Shown here piece after piece: positions 61,959 through 64,000 of a stretch of 64,000 bases of DNA (within the stretch, counting starts at the first letter, position 1; every line of letters begins with the position of its first letter). The translations under genes were made by a program, and so were the position numbers. The notes under the pieces are model-generated. The model made no database searches. It worked only from the letters and a program-made list of their open reading frames with translations, and had not been told where the DNA came from. Source of the DNA: an uncultured Actinomycetes bacterium (GTDB lineage Bacteria > Actinomycetota > Thermoleophilia > Gaiellales > JALYLC01); assembly GCA_963743275.1 (NCBI GenBank), contig CAVUPB010000011.1, positions 72,153-136,152 of the forward strand, read 5' to 3'.

Positions 61959-62927
61959 GTGTCGCAGCAACTCTCCGAAGATCAGGTAGCGGCGCCGGCC
62001 GACGCCGGGCGCGGCGGCGCGGTCCCGGGCAAGGCCGCCGAGGCGCCTGCGCGGCGCCAGCGGCGCGTCCGCGAGGTCGATTTCTCGCGCCCGACGAAGT
62101 TCAGCCAGGATCAGCAGCGCCGCATCGGCCACGGCTACGAGGGCTTCTGCCGCTCGGTCTCGACCCAGCTCTCGGCGCAGCTCCACACCGCGGTCGAGTT
62201 CGAGCTGCTCGCGGTCGACCAGCAGAACTGGTCGGCCGCGCTCGGCGAGCTGCCGAAGCCGTCGCTGTATGCCGTCGTCGCGACCGACGCGGGCCTCAAC
62301 CTGCTGCTCGGCGTCGAGCTGGCCGCGGTGATGCGCATGATCGAGCGCCTGCTCGGCGGCAGCTTCTCGTCGCCCCCGCTCGAGCGCGAGCCGACCGAGA
62401 TCGAGCTCGCACTCGCGCGCCGGCTGCTCGGCACCATGATCGGCCAGCTCTCGCGCGCCTGGGACGAGCTGATCGGAACGACGCTCTCGCTGCTCGTGCT
62501 CGAGACGCAGGCCGCGAACATCCAGCTCGTGCCCTCGAGCGAGCCGACGCTCGCGATCACGAGCGAGATCCGGATGGACGAGCACTCGTTCGCGTTGACG
62601 CTGCTCGTACCGCACCGCTCGATCGAGGCCGATCTCCCGAAGCTGACGGTCGGCCTCTACGGCGATTCGTCCGAGGCGCTCGCGAACACGGGCGAGGCCG
62701 CCTCCGCCCTGCGCAGCGTCACGGTCGAGGTGCGCGCCGAGGTCGGCTCGAGCGCCCTCACGATCGACGAGGTGCTCGCGCTCCGGCCGGGCGACCTCGT
62801 GCGGCTCGGACCGTGCGCCAACGGCGGCACGCTGTTCGCCGAAGCCGTTCCGATCCACCGCACGAAGCCCGGCCGCAGCGGCACGCGCCGCGCCGTCGAG
62901 ATCGTCGACCGGATCGACCCGCGATGA
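61959..62927 (+). CDS. fliM: Flagellar motor switch protein FliM
   Basis: VREVDFSRPTKFSQDQQRRIGHGYEGFCRSVSTQLSAQL...VERLLGG-type middle domain and a C-terminal SpoA-like region. GTG 61959 has GGAG 5 nt upstream. The ORF track starts at TTG 61944. Confidence 0.85.
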   Translation: MSQQLSEDQVAAPADAGRGGAVPGKAAEAPARRQRRVREVDFSRPTKFSQDQQRRIGHGYEGFCRSVSTQLSAQLHTAVEFELLAVDQQNWSAALGELPKPSLYAVVATDAGLNLLLGVELAAVMRMIERLLGGSFSSPPLEREPTEIELALARRLLGTMIGQLSRAWDELIGTTLSLLVLETQAANIQLVPSSEPTLAITSEIRMDEHSFALTLLVPHRSIEADLPKLTVGLYGDSSEALANTGEAASALRSVTVEVRAEVGSSALTIDEVLALRPGDLVRLGPCANGGTLFAEAVPIHRTKPGRSGTRRAVEIVDRIDPR

Positions 62928-63769
62928 GCGCCGAGGACACCCTCCTCCCGCTCGGCGAAGCGACGGCCGACGCGGTCGCCGGCGTCCTGGCGACGCTCGC
63001 GCCCGGCGCGGTCGAGCGCGGGGCGGTCGCGATCGTCGCGACCGGCGCCGACCCGTTCGCGGGCATCGAGCCGCCGGCGGTCGCGGCGAGCGTCTCGTAC
63101 GCGGGCGGGGTGCCGGGTGGAAGCGTCTTCGTCACGACGATCGCCGCCGGCCGCCGCCTCGCCGCCGCCGTCACGGGCAGCGAGCAGCCGGCGGGCGCAG
63201 CCGAGCTCTCCGAGAGCGAGCTCGCGGCCGTCTCCGAGGCGATGAACCGGATGATGGCCGCCGCGGCCGGCGCGACGAGGACGCTGCTGGGCGAGCAGGT
63301 CGACGTCACCGCTGCGGTCACGCAGCCGCTCGCCGCTGCGGGCGGGGTGGGCCCAGCCTCCGCCGCGACCGCGCACGCCACGGCCGTCGACCTCTCGCTC
63401 TTCGGCGAGCCGTCGCGGCTCGTGCAGTTCGTCCCGGAGGCGTTGCTCGGCGGCGCTGCGGGCGGACGCGCGGGCGCCGCCCCCGACGCCGGCGTGCTGC
63501 GGGGCGTGAAGCTACGGGTCTGGGCGGAGCTCGGACGCGCCCATCTGCCCGTCGGACGCGCCGTCGGGCTGGGTCGCGGCTCGGTCGTCGAGCTCGACCG
63601 CGAGGTGGACGAGCCGGTCGACGTCTTCGCGAACGGTCACCGGATCGGCACCGGCCGCCTGCTCCTGGTCGAGCAGGGCGAGTGGGCCGTGCAGCTCGAG
63701 CAGCTGTTCTCGACGGATCCCCGCGAGCGGACGGGCCGGGACGACGGGCCGCTCCCGCCGGCCGAGTAA
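62924..63769 (+). CDS. fliY: FliY-like switch protein (CheC-like N-terminal part plus FliN/SpoA C-terminal domain)
   Basis: ATGA overlap with fliM. SESELAAVSEAMNRMMAAAAG (E-x2-N CheC-type motif) and C-terminal VKLRVWAELGRAHLPVGRAVGLGRGSVVELDREVDEPVDVFANGHRIGTGRLLLVEQGEWAVQLEQL. Confidence 0.75.
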   Translation: MSAEDTLLPLGEATADAVAGVLATLAPGAVERGAVAIVATGADPFAGIEPPAVAASVSYAGGVPGGSVFVTTIAAGRRLAAAVTGSEQPAGAAELSESELAAVSEAMNRMMAAAAGATRTLLGEQVDVTAAVTQPLAAAGGVGPASAATAHATAVDLSLFGEPSRLVQFVPEALLGGAAGGRAGAAPDAGVLRGVKLRVWAELGRAHLPVGRAVGLGRGSVVELDREVDEPVDVFANGHRIGTGRLLLVEQGEWAVQLEQLFSTDPRERTGRDDGPLPPAE

Positions 63770-63842
63770 CCGCCGCACTCGCCCGAACCGCGGACGCTAC
63801 GGCGCCCGGCCTCGACGCATTCGGGGCCGAAGACCCGCCGCA

Positions 63843-63872
63843 GTTGCATTGACCCGATCTTTATGCCTAGAA
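63843..63872 (+). promoter_or_regulatory. Sigma-70-like promoter in the AT-richer spacer after fliY
   Basis: TTGCAT-N18-TAGAAT (an alternative -35 TTGACC has a short spacer). Confidence 0.35.
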
Positions 63873-63933
63873 TCCGCGCCTAGCGACGGGGTTCCGTCAA
63901 AATCGGCTGAATAGATCGGGTTGTTTTGGCGAA

Positions 63934-64000
63934 ATGAGCGGGTTCGAAGGAGACAGCTCGACGATCGTGAGCCTGGAAGCGCGGGACATCCGCTTCCCGA
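63934..64000 (+). CDS. 5' end of a gene running off the right edge (partial), possibly an enolase-superfamily dehydratase
   Basis: MSGFEGDSSTIVSLEARDIRFP... I(V)xLExxDxRFP is how L-fuconate-dehydratase-type enzymes begin. The start is ATG 63934 or GTG 63967. The fragment is very short. Confidence 0.3.
   Translation, partial: MSGFEGDSSTIVSLEARDIRFP

Noticed and set aside
1-64000. Search for rRNA, tRNA, tmRNA, IS elements, integrases and prophage genes
   Set aside because: Nothing resembling a tRNA cloverleaf region, rRNA, transposase or integrase motifs, or terminal inverted repeats of IS elements was recognised. The only repeats found are the palindromes, the flagellin pair and the 354-bp GT block.

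Overview
Very GC-rich (about 70% or more by eye) bacterial DNA. Almost every real gene has long antisense or out-of-frame shadow ORFs, so calls rest on recognisable protein motifs, start-codon context and stop/start overlaps. I ran no database search. Coordinates of small sites were counted by hand from ORF-track anchors and may be off by 1-2 nt.

Layout:
- 1-4 kb: small methyltransferase and redox genes. One AhpD/CMD-like gene is interrupted by an in-frame TGA exactly at the second Cys of its CxxC motif.
- 4-14.5 kb: a beta-glycoside utilisation locus with a GH1 beta-glucosidase, a LacI regulator, a frameshifted clan GH-A glycosidase and an Opp/Dpp-type ABC importer.
- 14.6-63.8 kb: an almost complete Gram-positive-type flagellar regulon with no L/P-ring genes, in about ten units on both strands:
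  - fliJ-SLT-fliK-flgD-flgE-flbD-motAB-fliL-fliN-methyltransferase
  - a FliK-like / FlhB-CTD-like pair
  - flgF-flgG-rod-binding-flgN-flgK-flgL-fliW-csrA-fliC-CHAP
  - fliOPQR-flhB-flhA-flhF, where flhA carries two frameshifts
  - fliA
  - a second, inverted fliC
  - two orphan NarL-type response regulators
  - a probable flagellin-modification island
  - flaG-fliD-fliS
  - flgB-flgC-fliE-fliF-fliG-fliH-fliI
  - fliM-fliY

Most notable observations:
1. The modification island: an alkaline-phosphatase-superfamily enzyme plus two tandem giant multi-glycosyltransferase/TPR proteins.
2. An uncharacterised ~95-aa module shared by two flagellar-regulon enzymes.
3. A covarying 29-nt palindrome family (core GGGGTC-W-GACCCC) clustered at flagellar operon boundaries.
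4. A set of TCAA-N15-GNCGAnnA sigma-28-type promoters, three of them spaced for leaderless mRNAs.

No rRNA, tRNA, CRISPR array, transposase or phage gene was recognised.
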